Shown here: positions 53,483 through 64,000 of the stretch, in pieces
How positions within the stretch are numbered: position 1 is the first letter of the stretch
How the letters are laid out: each line of letters starts with the position of its first letter
Assembly: GCF_001194135.2 (NCBI RefSeq)
Contig: NC_068992.1
Location: 52,527,855-52,591,854 of the forward strand
Reading direction: 5' to 3'
Source: Octopus bimaculoides
Lineage: Eukaryota
DNA length: 64,000 nucleotides
Translations under genes and position numbers: made by a program
Notes under the pieces: generated by a model
The model's database searches: none
What the model saw: only the letters and a program-made list of their open reading frames with translations
Told to the model about the DNA's origin: nothing

Positions 53483-55221
53483 CAGGAAATATAATGTGGA
53501 ATATATAAACTAAGAAATTTTCTTTTCCTTCCTCATCCAGAATGTGTATCCCTTAAAAACTCCAAGAATGAATCGATAAGGGTACCTCAGTTGTATCACT
53601 CATCCTGCTAGAAACACTAAACATGCTTTCTTTAAATTGCACCCTGCAGTCTGAAGAAGAGGAGGACACATCAAACAATTGTAAAACTTTATGCTTCTAA
53701 TAAAAATCGATTATCATGGATGGAATACCTTTCTTCATTGGTTTGCTGGATCATGGTTGACCTTGGACTAAGTAGCAATGACATTAACTGCAACAACAGC
53801 CACAGCAACAACGACAACAGCAACAACAACAACAGACAATCATGGCAACAACAACTACAATAATAATGGCTACAATGGCAACAACAAAAACCAAGAACGA
53901 TGACAACAATAATAACAACATCAACAATGAAAGCTGTTGTACATTTGTGTTTTCCTGAAGATACTCTTATCCAATTGTTTGAAGAATGAGATAGCCTCTA
54001 CGTGGTCGTTTGATCTTCTAGAAACAGCAACAAAATCTCGCTCAAATTACGCCCTACCAATTAATGATATGGAAAATACATTGTGTATTGTAGTCTAAAA
54101 TATTTCATTTTTTTTATTTGATTTACATGATTGCTTATGTGAATTCGTGTATTCAATCAAGGTAAACAAACAATCAATTTGTCAGTTGGATAATTGACCA
54201 ATTGAGTAATAATAAAGGAATTGAACCAATGCGTGTGTTAATAATATTGTCCAAAATTTTGTTATGTCTGAAAAACAGAATAGGAGTAAAACAGAATTGT
54301 CCTGTTTGAAATACCTTTGACTGTGTATCTGCTCAATTAAAATTGACCTAGGTTAAACAGAAGAACAATCATGGAAGCTTAACTTCTCAGTAGTTACTCA
54401 ATCTGTTAGAAATAACAACCCAAAGAAAAAACCTTTTAATTAGTTGCATGATCTGCTTGATATAACAACAACATATCTCTTGAATCACATACATTCTGCT
54501 GATCAAAAAGCACAAGAGAAAATATGCTGGTCCCTGCACTCTGAAAAGAACAATATCTGAAAATTAAATGGAATAATAATTGCTATAATGTTATTATTCA
54601 CATGCAGTCAGTTGGAGCAATTTTAGGACTAGCAGCAGTGTTTTAGCATGAAATGTGGCAAAGTACATCACAAGGACACTTCATGTAGTTAGAGATATAT
54701 CAAGCTTAAGGGGGTGAGCAGAAATTTTAGCCAATATCCACACCATGCCACTGGACAAAAGATAATCCTGTTGGTTGTATTTGAACTTTGAATATATAAG
54801 ACTTAATCTTCATAGTGAAATGAATGTAGTTCAGTATCTCACTCATTCACAGTCTTCATTATAATTGATATATTAGCTGGGATTCTCTTTAACTGTTGAA
54901 CCAGCGGACTAACACATCATTTTTCAAAACTTCAAACAATAAAACTGCTTTAACTGAAATAACAGACTAATAACTTTCTGGGAATCCTTCTCATTTTCAA
55001 CTTGAAGAAACATTGGTAAAGTACTGACATCTAGGGAATGTCTAGTAAAAACAAAACAACAAACAAAAAAAAAAAGATAGAAACCAAGAAAGAAGGACAA
55101 AAAGTAAAACTAAAGAACAAAAAAAACGAAAAAGGAAAGACTTGAAAATTCTTCTTTCTCTCTAAGTTCCATTATACTTTGCAGACTGACACATTATCTA
55201 TATTTTCACTTGACTACATTC

Positions 55222-55343
55222 TCTGATGGCATAATATGTGTTCACAGCGAAGTCGATAGCAATTCACTGTAACTTGAACATGCCATCAAAATGACATAGA
55301 TTTATAGTGCTGATCTGTTGGCTTCCTAACAGATATGACATCG
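55222..55343 (+). ncRNA. Candidate box H/ACA snoRNA (28S helix-69 guide, ACA23/SNORA23-like target)
   Basis: Hairpin, H box AAATGA (55289), hairpin, ACA (55338) plus 3 nt; pocket UUAUAGU / UUCCU pairs 28S GGGAG-UA-ACUAUGA with 15 nt to ACA. Confidence 0.55.
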
Positions 55344-55627
55344 TTTTAGTTCAGTCGTGCATGCAAGAAAACTGAATATTTCACTTGATTTTAAAAGGCA
55401 CTGTTGCAGTTAAAGAAAGCTTAACAACTTGTTAATTGTATCAGAGAGTAAAATGGAAAAAAAAAAAAAAAAAAAAAAATCTGCTGGAGATAGTATTGTG
55501 TGCTTTTTCATACCTTCATATCAAGCAGCTGATATTTTAATGGAGATAGTAAGGTCTTGGCACCACTTAAAGTTATGAGTAAAAATGAACAATTCAGAAA
55601 TATGCAATTTTGTATTTTTCTTTTTAC

Positions 55628-55665
55628 TTATCATCATCATCATCATCATCATCACCATCACCGTC

Positions 55666-55696
<31 letters not shown>

Positions 55697-55733
55697 CCAC
55701 CACCATCACCATCACCATCATCACCATATCACC

Positions 55734-55782
<49 letters not shown>

Positions 55783-55873
55783 ACTTCATCGTCATCATTA
55801 TTATTATCATTATTATTATTATGGTTGTTGATGTAGCGTGTTGTTATCATTTTTATTACTATTATTATTGTTG

Positions 55874-55915
<42 letters not shown>
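55628..55915. repeat. (CAT/CAC)n then (TAT)n compound microsatellite
   Basis: Direct reading; source of poly-His and poly-Tyr ORFs. Confidence 0.95.
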
Positions 55916-55916
<1 letters not shown>

Positions 55917-56410
55917 TGTCATTTTCTTTTGTTTTTTTTTCTTTTTCTTACATTCCTATACAGGTTGATTGTGTTTTATGCCGAATGCACTGCTACAACT
56001 GACACGATTCCCATTTAAGTAGCGTGTTGATGGAATCGTAAAGTGACACAGAGGAGTGATCCTAAGCCACTTTCGTTATGTAAGAAGTAAAGACATAAAA
56101 TTAATATGACATAGAACACAATAATATGTGTAATTATTGTTGATTAGTCACTGCTAATTCTTTTATAATACATGCTAAAAGACTTATGCTGTTTTATAAT
56201 AGGAGGATGTATGGATAAGTGGATGTGTGTGTGAGTGTGTGTGTGTGTGAGTGTGTGTGTGTGTGAGTGTGTGTGTATGACAGTGTGATGGTATTTGTAT
56301 CTGTGTGTGCATGGTTACTTTTATTTATATACACATGTATGAATTAAAATGCATGCATGTATATATGTATATATGCATACACGTGCATATATATGCACTA
56401 TTGTATACAC

Positions 56411-56464
<54 letters not shown>

Positions 56465-57458
56465 NNNNNNNNNNNNNNNNNNNNNNNNNNNNNNNNNNNN
56501 NNNNNNNNNNNNNNNNNNNNNNNNNNNNNNNNNNNNNNNNNNNNNNNNNNNNNNNNNNNNNNNNNNNNNNNNNNNNNNNNNNNNNNNNNNNNNNNNNNNN
56601 NNNNNNNNNNNNNNNNNNNNNNNNNNNNNNNNNNNNNNNNNNNNNNNNNNNNNNNNNNNNNNNNNNNNNNNNNNNNNNNNNNNNNNNNNNNNNNNNNNNN
56701 NNNNNNNNNNNNNNNNNNNNNNNNNNNNNNNNNNNNNNNNNNNNNNNNNNNNNNNNNNNNNNNNNNNNNNNNNNNNNNNNNNNNNNNNNNNNNNNNNNNN
56801 NNNNNNNNNNNNNNNNNNNNNNNNNNNNNNNNNNNNNNNNNNNNNNNNNNNNNNNNNNNNNNNNNNNNNNNNNNNNNNNNNNNNNNNNNNNNNNNNNNNN
56901 NNNNNNNNNNNNNNNNNNNNNNNNNNNNNNNNNNNNNNNNNNNNNNNNNNNNNNNNNNNNNNNNNNNNNNNNNNNNNNNNNNNNNNNNNNNNNNNNNNNN
57001 NNNNNNNNNNNNNNNNNNNNNNNNNNNNNNNNNNNNNNNNNNNNNNNNNNNNNNNNNNNNNNNNNNNNNNNNNNNNNNNNNNNNNNNNNNNNNNNNNNNN
57101 NNNNNNNNNNNNNNNNNNNNNNNNNNNNNNNNNNNNNNNNNNNNNNNNNNNNNNNNNNNNNNNNNNNNNNNNNNNNNNNNNNNNNNNNNNNNNNNNNNNN
57201 NNNNNNNNNNNNNNNNNNNNNNNNNNNNNNNNNNNNNNNNNNNNNNNNNNNNNNNNNNNNNNNNNNNNNNNNNNNNNNNNNNNNNNNNNNNNNNNNNNNN
57301 NNNNNNNNNNNNNNNNNNNNNNNNNNNNNNNNNNNNNNNNNNNNNNNNNNNNNNNNNNNNNNNNNNNNNNNNNNNNNNNNNNNNNNNNNNNNNNNNNNNN
57401 NNNNNNNNNNNNNNNNNNNNNNNNNNNNNNNNNNNNNNNNNNNNNNNNNNNNNNNNNN
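56465..57458. other. Assembly gap between (TA)n tracts
   Basis: 994 N; smaller gaps at 24010, 29368, 46235, 48262 and 60547. Confidence 1.
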
Positions 57459-57495
<37 letters not shown>

Positions 57496-57496
<1 letters not shown>

Positions 57497-57637
57497 TGGA
57501 TCATCCCATAAATAATGCAGCTTTTTTTATACTTCCTTTATTTTTCAAAATTAACATTAACAAATTTATTTTTTAACCTAAAATATACTCTCCTTCCTTT
57601 TCTACAATGCTCTTCAATCTATCTGGTAGACTTGTAA
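57496..57637 (-). mobile_element. 3' end of the same mariner family as 7716-9003
   Basis: TA-TTGGATCATCCCATAAATAATG...CTTTTTTATACTTC...TCTACAATGCTCTT. Confidence 0.85.
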
Positions 57638-58308
57638 GTTTTCAAAGTTTGGTGATATCTTCCAAGTTTTTTAAGATATTTCTAATGTTCATTTAACTTC
57701 TGCAAATTCAGAAGTAATACCAGATTTCTCTGAAGCAGTTAAGACACATTAACGACCCGTAATTATGATTATCAGACCACTCGTTAATAATTTGGAACAC
57801 TGAAAGCTCGTGCAAATCATGCAAATGGCCACAGTTTGTATACACTTGTGCAAAACCTCACGTCTTTTACACACCACACGCATGTAGCTGTTGCCATCAT
57901 TCTGTGGAACTTTCGTTGAATTCCAGCAAGTAGTTTTTCAATAAAGTAAAGAAAAAATGTTAATAATTTGAAATGCAGTGATTATATATTTGTGTTTGTG
58001 TGGGGTGGATGGGAGTGTGTGTTGATCACTATAAACAAATCGTTTGTGTGGTTGTTTGGCAAGAATTTGCCAAACCCTCATATATCATCTAACAATGGGA
58101 GAGTCCATGATATATATATATATATATAGAAAGACTTTCCGTATTCCCGAGCGTCATACTAATATATACTTTTGTTATTTACACCACCTGTCCTCGTCTG
58201 TTGTTATTATTTGTATATTCTCCCATATATATATATATATATGGGATGAGCAACTGACTAGCACAATGATTCATTGTACAATGATGGAAATATAATAAGA
58301 GGAACCTA

Positions 58309-58437
58309 ACTCTCTTAATGCTTCACAGCATTGGCCCATCTGCTTTCTGGTGCTGAAGAGTAGATAACCACTCTGAAATATTCTAAAGCATGCACCGGCC
58401 AGTATGGTTAGGGGCTGTTGTGAACTGAGTTACATTT
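58309..58437 (+). ncRNA. Second candidate box H/ACA snoRNA
   Basis: Stem ACTCT/AGAGT, H box AGATAA (58362), stem ACTC/GAGT, ACA-TTT (58432); pocket UGCUUCAC / UGGUG pairs 28S UAUCA-UU-GUGAAGCA with 14 nt to the H box. Confidence 0.4.
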
Positions 58438-59276
58438 GTCTTTAGTTTCAGAGTCTGATGAGACATTCACGGGACTAAGCCTTTTGTGGATGTGGAACAA
58501 ATAGTCATTCAATGACCAGACACTGTCTTAACTACTTATAAATACATTACTGCTCTGTGCTTTAGTGTGTGCTTCTTTTCGGATATATGATACGTTGATG
58601 ATATTTATATCTATATATATATTTGATTAATGACAGAGACAGTAAATGGAAGATATGAGAATGTTTATTAATCATTACAGTTGTTTCAACCCATCTAGCA
58701 TTGAGCCCTCACTTGTGGGATACTTAACAACTGGTTTATAACTATCCGTCGATATAGATGTGTCTCTTCAAGAGATTACAAGATATATCTTGTCAAAATA
58801 ACAACTGTTCCACAAGATATCTTCTCAGTTTGTGTATAGAAAAGTAACAAATTAAGGGACACAGCTTCATTTTTGTAGAAGATCAATAATAAATAAGAGA
58901 TGCAAGAAGAAATGAATACGCAATACAGCATAAAATGTATTAGATATAACCTTTAACAAATATGTGTGTATAAATACCTACAATTAGGTTGTATGGTGCA
59001 TGTACACTTGCTCGTACAAACATCCATGATGATGTAAACATATGCACACATGTAGGTTTGGCACACATACACTCACACAGCAAATTAGATATATAATTCT
59101 TATAAGAATGGAGAGGTTACAGTTAAATTGAGTTCATCCATACCTTAAAGTAAGTCATGATTATTAATTTGGTTAAGAGTATGTGTGTATATGAGAGAGC
59201 GAGAGAGAGTGAGAGAGAGGCAGAGTGTATATATGTGAAGCATAATTGCGTTTATCTGCGTTATTACCTCCATGCC

Positions 59277-59469
59277 AGGAAGTAAGAGTGAGAGAAAGTT
59301 GTGGTGGAAGAGTACAGCAGGGTTCACCACCATCCCTTGCCGGAGCCTCATGGAGCTTTAGGTGTTTTCGCTCAATAAACACTCCTCACAATGCCCGGTC
59401 TGGGAATTGAAACCGCAATCCTATGACCACGAGTTCGCTGCCTTAACCATCGGGCCGTTGAGCCTCCAC
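59277..59469 (-). mobile_element. Family B SINE, 5' half
   Basis: Ends at CTTCCTG, like 10688-10890. Confidence 0.85.
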
Positions 59470-60391
59470 AGAGTAGAAAATAATATGGGAATAATGATTG
59501 AGAGAGTTCCAAGAATAGATAAGACACCTATAATGTCATGCTAGAGAAAATGGTAACAGAAATAAATTCTAATGGTGAATGGAATAACTAAATGAATAAA
59601 TAAATCATCATAGGATGAATCTTGAGTAGAAAGTAATATTTGAAAAAATTGACTCAAATATATTTTATTGCTGTTTTTATCTGCTGTTTTGTTTCCATGA
59701 TTAAGGATGTTTATTGGAAAATAATAAGGGAAAAAATGTTAACAAAGACCAACTTATTGGAAGCTATATGACCCTTCATATGGTCCAGTTTTAGAAAGCA
59801 TCAAACTAATATAAAATTAAAGAATAGTTGTCAATAAAGTTTCAATCATAAATTTTGTTTTTGATACACAAATGGGAAATTACAGTTGCACCATTTTCTT
59901 GTATTTCATTCTTATTTTTATTATTATTATTATTATATATTATTTTATTTTATTTTATTATTTATTTCTCTTTCTTTCTATCTCTTCATCTCTTCTTTCT
60001 GTTTCTATTTATTAATTTCAAGTGTGGCATGGCGGTATTAAATCAAGCTGCCAACTGAAATATTGTAGTGGAATGAATAGAAGTGGTTTTATATAGACAA
60101 CAGAAAAAACAAAATTAAAAAAAAACAAATAAAAAACGACAACAACAACAAAACGCAAACATAACAAAAATAAATACAATAAAGAAGTAAAGTTGTGCAA
60201 TAATTGCACTTATAGAGTGAGGCTTATTGAAGTAAAAATAATATGAATCGATGCATTTAATTAACAAGGCTACTCTCATCTATAAACAACTCACAAATGT
60301 GTAGTATTTTGCTATTACACTCAATATAGAATACAGAATATACATACATACATATATACATACATACTTACATACACACACACACACACAC

Positions 60392-60431
<40 letters not shown>

Positions 60432-60501
60432 ATAATATATATATATTATTTATATTGTTTGATTGAATGCCACACATCCATTTCCAAGTAAGTTTATCTG
60501 G

Positions 60502-60532
<31 letters not shown>

Positions 60533-60595
60533 ATGTGTGTGTATATNNNNNNNNNNNNNNNNNNNNNNNNNNNNNNNNNNNNNNNNNNNNNNNNN

Positions 60596-60626
<31 letters not shown>

Positions 60627-60843
60627 TATGAGAGGTAATGGTGTCAATAAGACCCAAAGGTGTCAGGTAATGCTGAGTAAGTGTTATGGACAAACCATAA
60701 TTAAGCTCCAGATTTGGTGATTAATCGAATAAGGAGTCAAACGTAGGTCATATATCAGCATGTGTATATATAAAAAAAAATGTTTTCAGAATAAGATAAA
60801 AGGCCAAGGCTGTGAAGATTTTAGGACATTTATAAAGAGAAGG

Positions 60844-60889
60844 TCTTACAGCTGTTTCCGGGATATTTTTTATATCCCTTCATCAGAGA
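60844..60889 (-). ncRNA. Minimal type I hammerhead ribozyme motif (Penelope-like terminus)
   Basis: UCU-CUGAUGA-A-GGGAUAU-AAAAA-AUAUCCC-G-GAAA-C-AGCU-GUA^AGA. Confidence 0.65.
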
Positions 60890-60984
60890 TGGTGTTGGAA
60901 AATTGTTAAGCAGTAGTTAATTTAGATAAGGTATGGAATAGAGAGTCATTCCTCCACTTCACTCTCTATTTCATATCTTATCTA

Positions 60985-61611
60985 GAATAACTATTGCTTC
61001 CATTGGTCTGTCGAACAGCTGTTATGATCTCTACACCAGTTCAGCCTTTTCTGAATGTTTTGATGAGAAAGTAGAGGTTTCTTGATAACAACTCTTCCAT
61101 GATATCCGGTTTTATTGAGGTCACAGCGAACAGTTTTGGTCGAAACTGGGCCAGTCAGATGTTAATTAAACTCTGCAGTCACTTTAGGGACAGTTGTCCT
61201 GTGATTTTTTCATCACAATGCGATTCAATACTTGTCGGTCTCTTTCAGTGAGCTTCGAAGTCCTGCCGGACTTATTCCTCCTGCGGGAGGTTAGGCCCTG
61301 CTTCTCAAATTCAGTCATGGGCCTTGATATGGTAGCTCTCGAAAAATCAAGGAGTTCAGCTGTTCTGGTGACGGAAACTCCTGCCATTCGAGCTCCAACA
61401 ATTTGCCCTTTTCCAAACTCAGTGAGGTCACGCATCTTAGCTTGATTTATACTACGATCTGAAAAAGAGATGGAAATAATCATTAAATTAGATTTAAAAA
61501 AAACAAAACATCTACAATACAAAATGAAACACTCACAAAAATCTTGGATGGATATTCAGGGAAATAATGGAGTTAAATTTCTACTGTTCTAGTTATTTTG
61601 TGCAACACCTA
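60985..61611 (-). mobile_element. Tc1-family transposon, 5' half (DNA-binding region, truncated before the DDE domain)
   Basis: ATG at 61435: MRDLTEFGKGQIVGARMAGVSVTRTAELLDFSRATISR...GRTSKLTERDRQVL...; after a frameshift KVTAEFN*...VSTKTVR...KKPLLS...KRLNWC; terminus TA-TAGGTGTTGCAC. Confidence 0.9.
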
Positions 61612-62235
61612 TAGTATTGTGTGTTGAACAAATCGTAGGATTAAATATAAAATGAGGAACGTAGTTTACTTTATAAAATCTATGGAAGGAAGCGAATGTA
61701 GGAATTCGACATATACATTGCAGAGACTCCCAGAAATTTAGAGAGAAAAGAAGGCCATAGGAATGAATACTGTGATAAGAAACCCAATAATTCGTATGAG
61801 GCCCCTTTACAATAAATACATGAGACTACATGAGTAAACTAATGAAAACCTTTCCTTAAAAATAAATACTGCTAAATGTAGAGACCACAAAACAAACGCG
61901 ACCACGCTTGTGTGTTAATCACACAACTGTTGTGCATATGCGTGTGTGGGCGAAATAGAGTTAGTCCGGCCTCAAACTTCATATTTCTTTGAGTTATTGT
62001 ATTAAAATACGAAATATTAAAGTGTAATTCGATCCGCACTTTCCCATAAAAGAATAACACAAGAGGACAATATACGTTCACGCATATACCGACACCACCT
62101 CCCATACCACACGGACAAATACACAAGTCCAGTAGGTAAACATACAAAGAAATAAAAGCTGTACCATTCAAACGCATACGCATACACACACATACATACA
62201 CCAGAGCGCACCCACGCCTGAACACACGCACTCAC

Positions 62236-62420
62236 AATCTTTCTTTTCTCTCTCTCTTCCTCAACCTCTCACGTGCATTGTCGCCCTTAACCACACAGCT
62301 ACATATAGAACCTAAAACGAAGAGACAGACTTGAAACTGGCTTTGAAATGGGAGGGCATGACCGCAAAGAGAACACAACGGCGACGAAAGGACTTTGATA
62401 AACAAAACTGATTGTTTGAT
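62236..62420 (-). promoter_or_regulatory. Putative non-coding first exon / promoter-proximal region of a minus-strand transcript
   Basis: CpG-retaining unique DNA; donor ATT|GTGAGT at 62236/62235. Confidence 0.3.
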
Positions 62421-62565
62421 TAACCTAATCAAACAATCGATTGTTTAATTGGTCAAATAGTTAACCAAATGACGAATAATGAAAAACTGAAAACAGGACT
62501 AGTGCGTGGGTTTATTATTCCGAGATACGATGTGTGTGTGCGCTCACGCGCGCGTATTTCTCTTT

Positions 62566-62935
62566 TACTTGCTTTAGTCTTTAGACGGCGTCTATGCTGG
62601 AGCATCACCTTGAATATTTAGTCGAATGAGACGACCCCAGTACTCATATTCTTTTAAGCCTGGTATCTATCTTATCGATTCTTTTGCCGAACCACTATTT
62701 TACGGGGGACATAAACACACTAGAACCGGTTGTCAAGTGGTGGTGGTGGTGGTGGTGGTGGTGGTGGTGGGACAAACATTGACAAAAAGACACACAGACA
62801 TAAATATTTATACATAAATATGTAAACGACGGGATTCTTTTTAGCTTCCGTCTACCAAATCCACTGATAATTCTCTGGTCGACCGAAGGGTATAATCGAA
62901 GATACTTCCCCGTGGTACCAGAGGAGTGAACGAGT
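62566..62935 (-). mobile_element. Family A SINE, diverged, with internal (GGT)n
   Basis: ATGCTGGAGCATCACC...GGGACAAACA...CTTCCGTCTACCAAATCCACT. Confidence 0.7.
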
Positions 62936-63217
62936 ACCACATGAAATCAAGTGCCTTGATCACTGATACGTTATGTCACCTGGTACAAGACTTGAGCCTA
63001 CGACTTAACATTCATCAACCCAACATCGTAACCACGAGGCCGTGAACCTTAATCGAAGATGAAAGGATTAATAAAATAACTATCCGTGTCAAAATCAATA
63101 TGTTCTCAAAAAGGTTATGAAATATTTTGCTTTAAACTTTATTTGGAGATCAACTACAAAGGTGCATAAAATTTCAATGTGTTTCTTTTCTGATGGATTG
63201 CAGTTACTGGATAAAAT

Positions 63218-63892
63218 GGATCTAGTTCAAAACGGGGGCACCAGTATTTTCTTAACGAAACACTTTGAAACTTGGGACACTGGTAGAATGTGTCATATAA
63301 AACATCTTTTTCTCTTAGTCTTCTTAAGAAAAATTATTATATTGCAATTTATTTCATGTTAAAGTTGTCGTATTTCTGTAATTTCAACCAATGACTGACG
63401 TCCATTCAGCCGTAAAAATAAAGTGCTGACTACGTAAACAAACGATTCTCAAACGATTCTGGCGGTGATAAAATTATTATTTCCTTGTCATAAAATGGCT
63501 GAAGCATATTGGCAGTAGCTAATAAACCTTTCTATTATAGGCACAAGGCCTGGTTTTTGAGGGAAGGAGCAAGTCAATTAGGGTTAGGGTTAGGGAAAAC
63601 GAACACACGTGTGTTGCCTCTCTGCAAAATGTCAGAAGTAATGGAGATTAAATACGCTTTACACCGCTTAAACTGCCAAAGGAGTAACTGTAAACAGCTG
63701 AATACTTGTCAGTGATTGGTTGAAATTATCGAAATACGACAATTTTTTACATGAAATTAATTCGAATACAAAAATTTTTTTCTGTTCTATAACACAAAAT
63801 AGATAAGTATACGAAGTTTGAAAGTCTTTCGGTACCAAAAACACTACATAAAACATAAATGAAAACTGGTGCCCCCGTTTTGAACCAGATCC
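63218..63892. mobile_element. 675-bp MITE with long imperfect TIRs and an 8-bp TSD (Merlin-like)
   Basis: GGATCTAGTTCAAAACGGGGGCACCAGT / ACTGGTGCCCCCGTTTTGAACCAGATCC; GATAAAAT on both flanks; inner arms at about 63346-63410 and 63703-63773. Confidence 0.85.
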
Positions 63893-64000
63893 GATAAAAT
63901 TTATATATTCAGCACATGACATGTTTTAAGGGAATTGAAGAAGGAAAATATATTAATCATAAGAAATAAGAATTGGGCAATGTACCAACTATAGATTACT

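Noticed and set aside
55521-56018. Poly-His, poly-Tyr and poly-Asp ORFs
   Set aside because: Translation of CAT/TAT microsatellites; the same applies at 9.9-10.2, 13.7-14.1, 24.8-25.2, 33.8, 35.9 and 49.4-49.9 kb
56305-57576. ORFs of 368-423 aa
   Set aside because: They are almost entirely N-gap flanked by (TA)n
63378-63396. CCAAT plus TGACGT promoter-like motifs
   Set aside because: They lie within the MITE arm and are mirrored at about 63.72 kb, so they are not independent evidence of a promoter
1-64000. CRISPR array, prokaryotic operon or rRNA gene
   Set aside because: No repeat-spacer array, operon structure or rRNA homology seen; the window is eukaryotic repeat-rich DNA

Overview
AT-rich, repeat-dense eukaryotic DNA with six N-gaps. 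The SINE, microsatellite and transposon landscape looks like an octopus (coleoid cephalopod) genome; this is an inference from recognised repeat families, not a database hit. I cannot support any intact host protein-coding gene. Nearly all ORFs in the track come from simple repeats, N-gaps or SINEs. Supported content: at least five families of short interspersed repeats (several with tRNA-type A/B-box heads), decayed Tc1/mariner elements (one full-length with TIRs), a maT/DD37D deletion derivative, a Helitron 3' end, an RTE reverse-transcriptase relic, three restriction-like-endonuclease (REL) LINE relics (HERO-like and R4-like), Penelope-like termini carrying hammerhead-ribozyme cores, and several MITE/foldback elements. 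The most notable non-TE signals are two candidate box H/ACA snoRNAs on the + strand (about 55.2 and 58.3 kb). Each has a bipartite pocket complementary to conserved 28S rRNA, 14-15 nt from its box. Promoter/first-exon-like segments lie near both ends of the window. rRNA sequences and numbering are recalled from human and need checking against the host rRNA.
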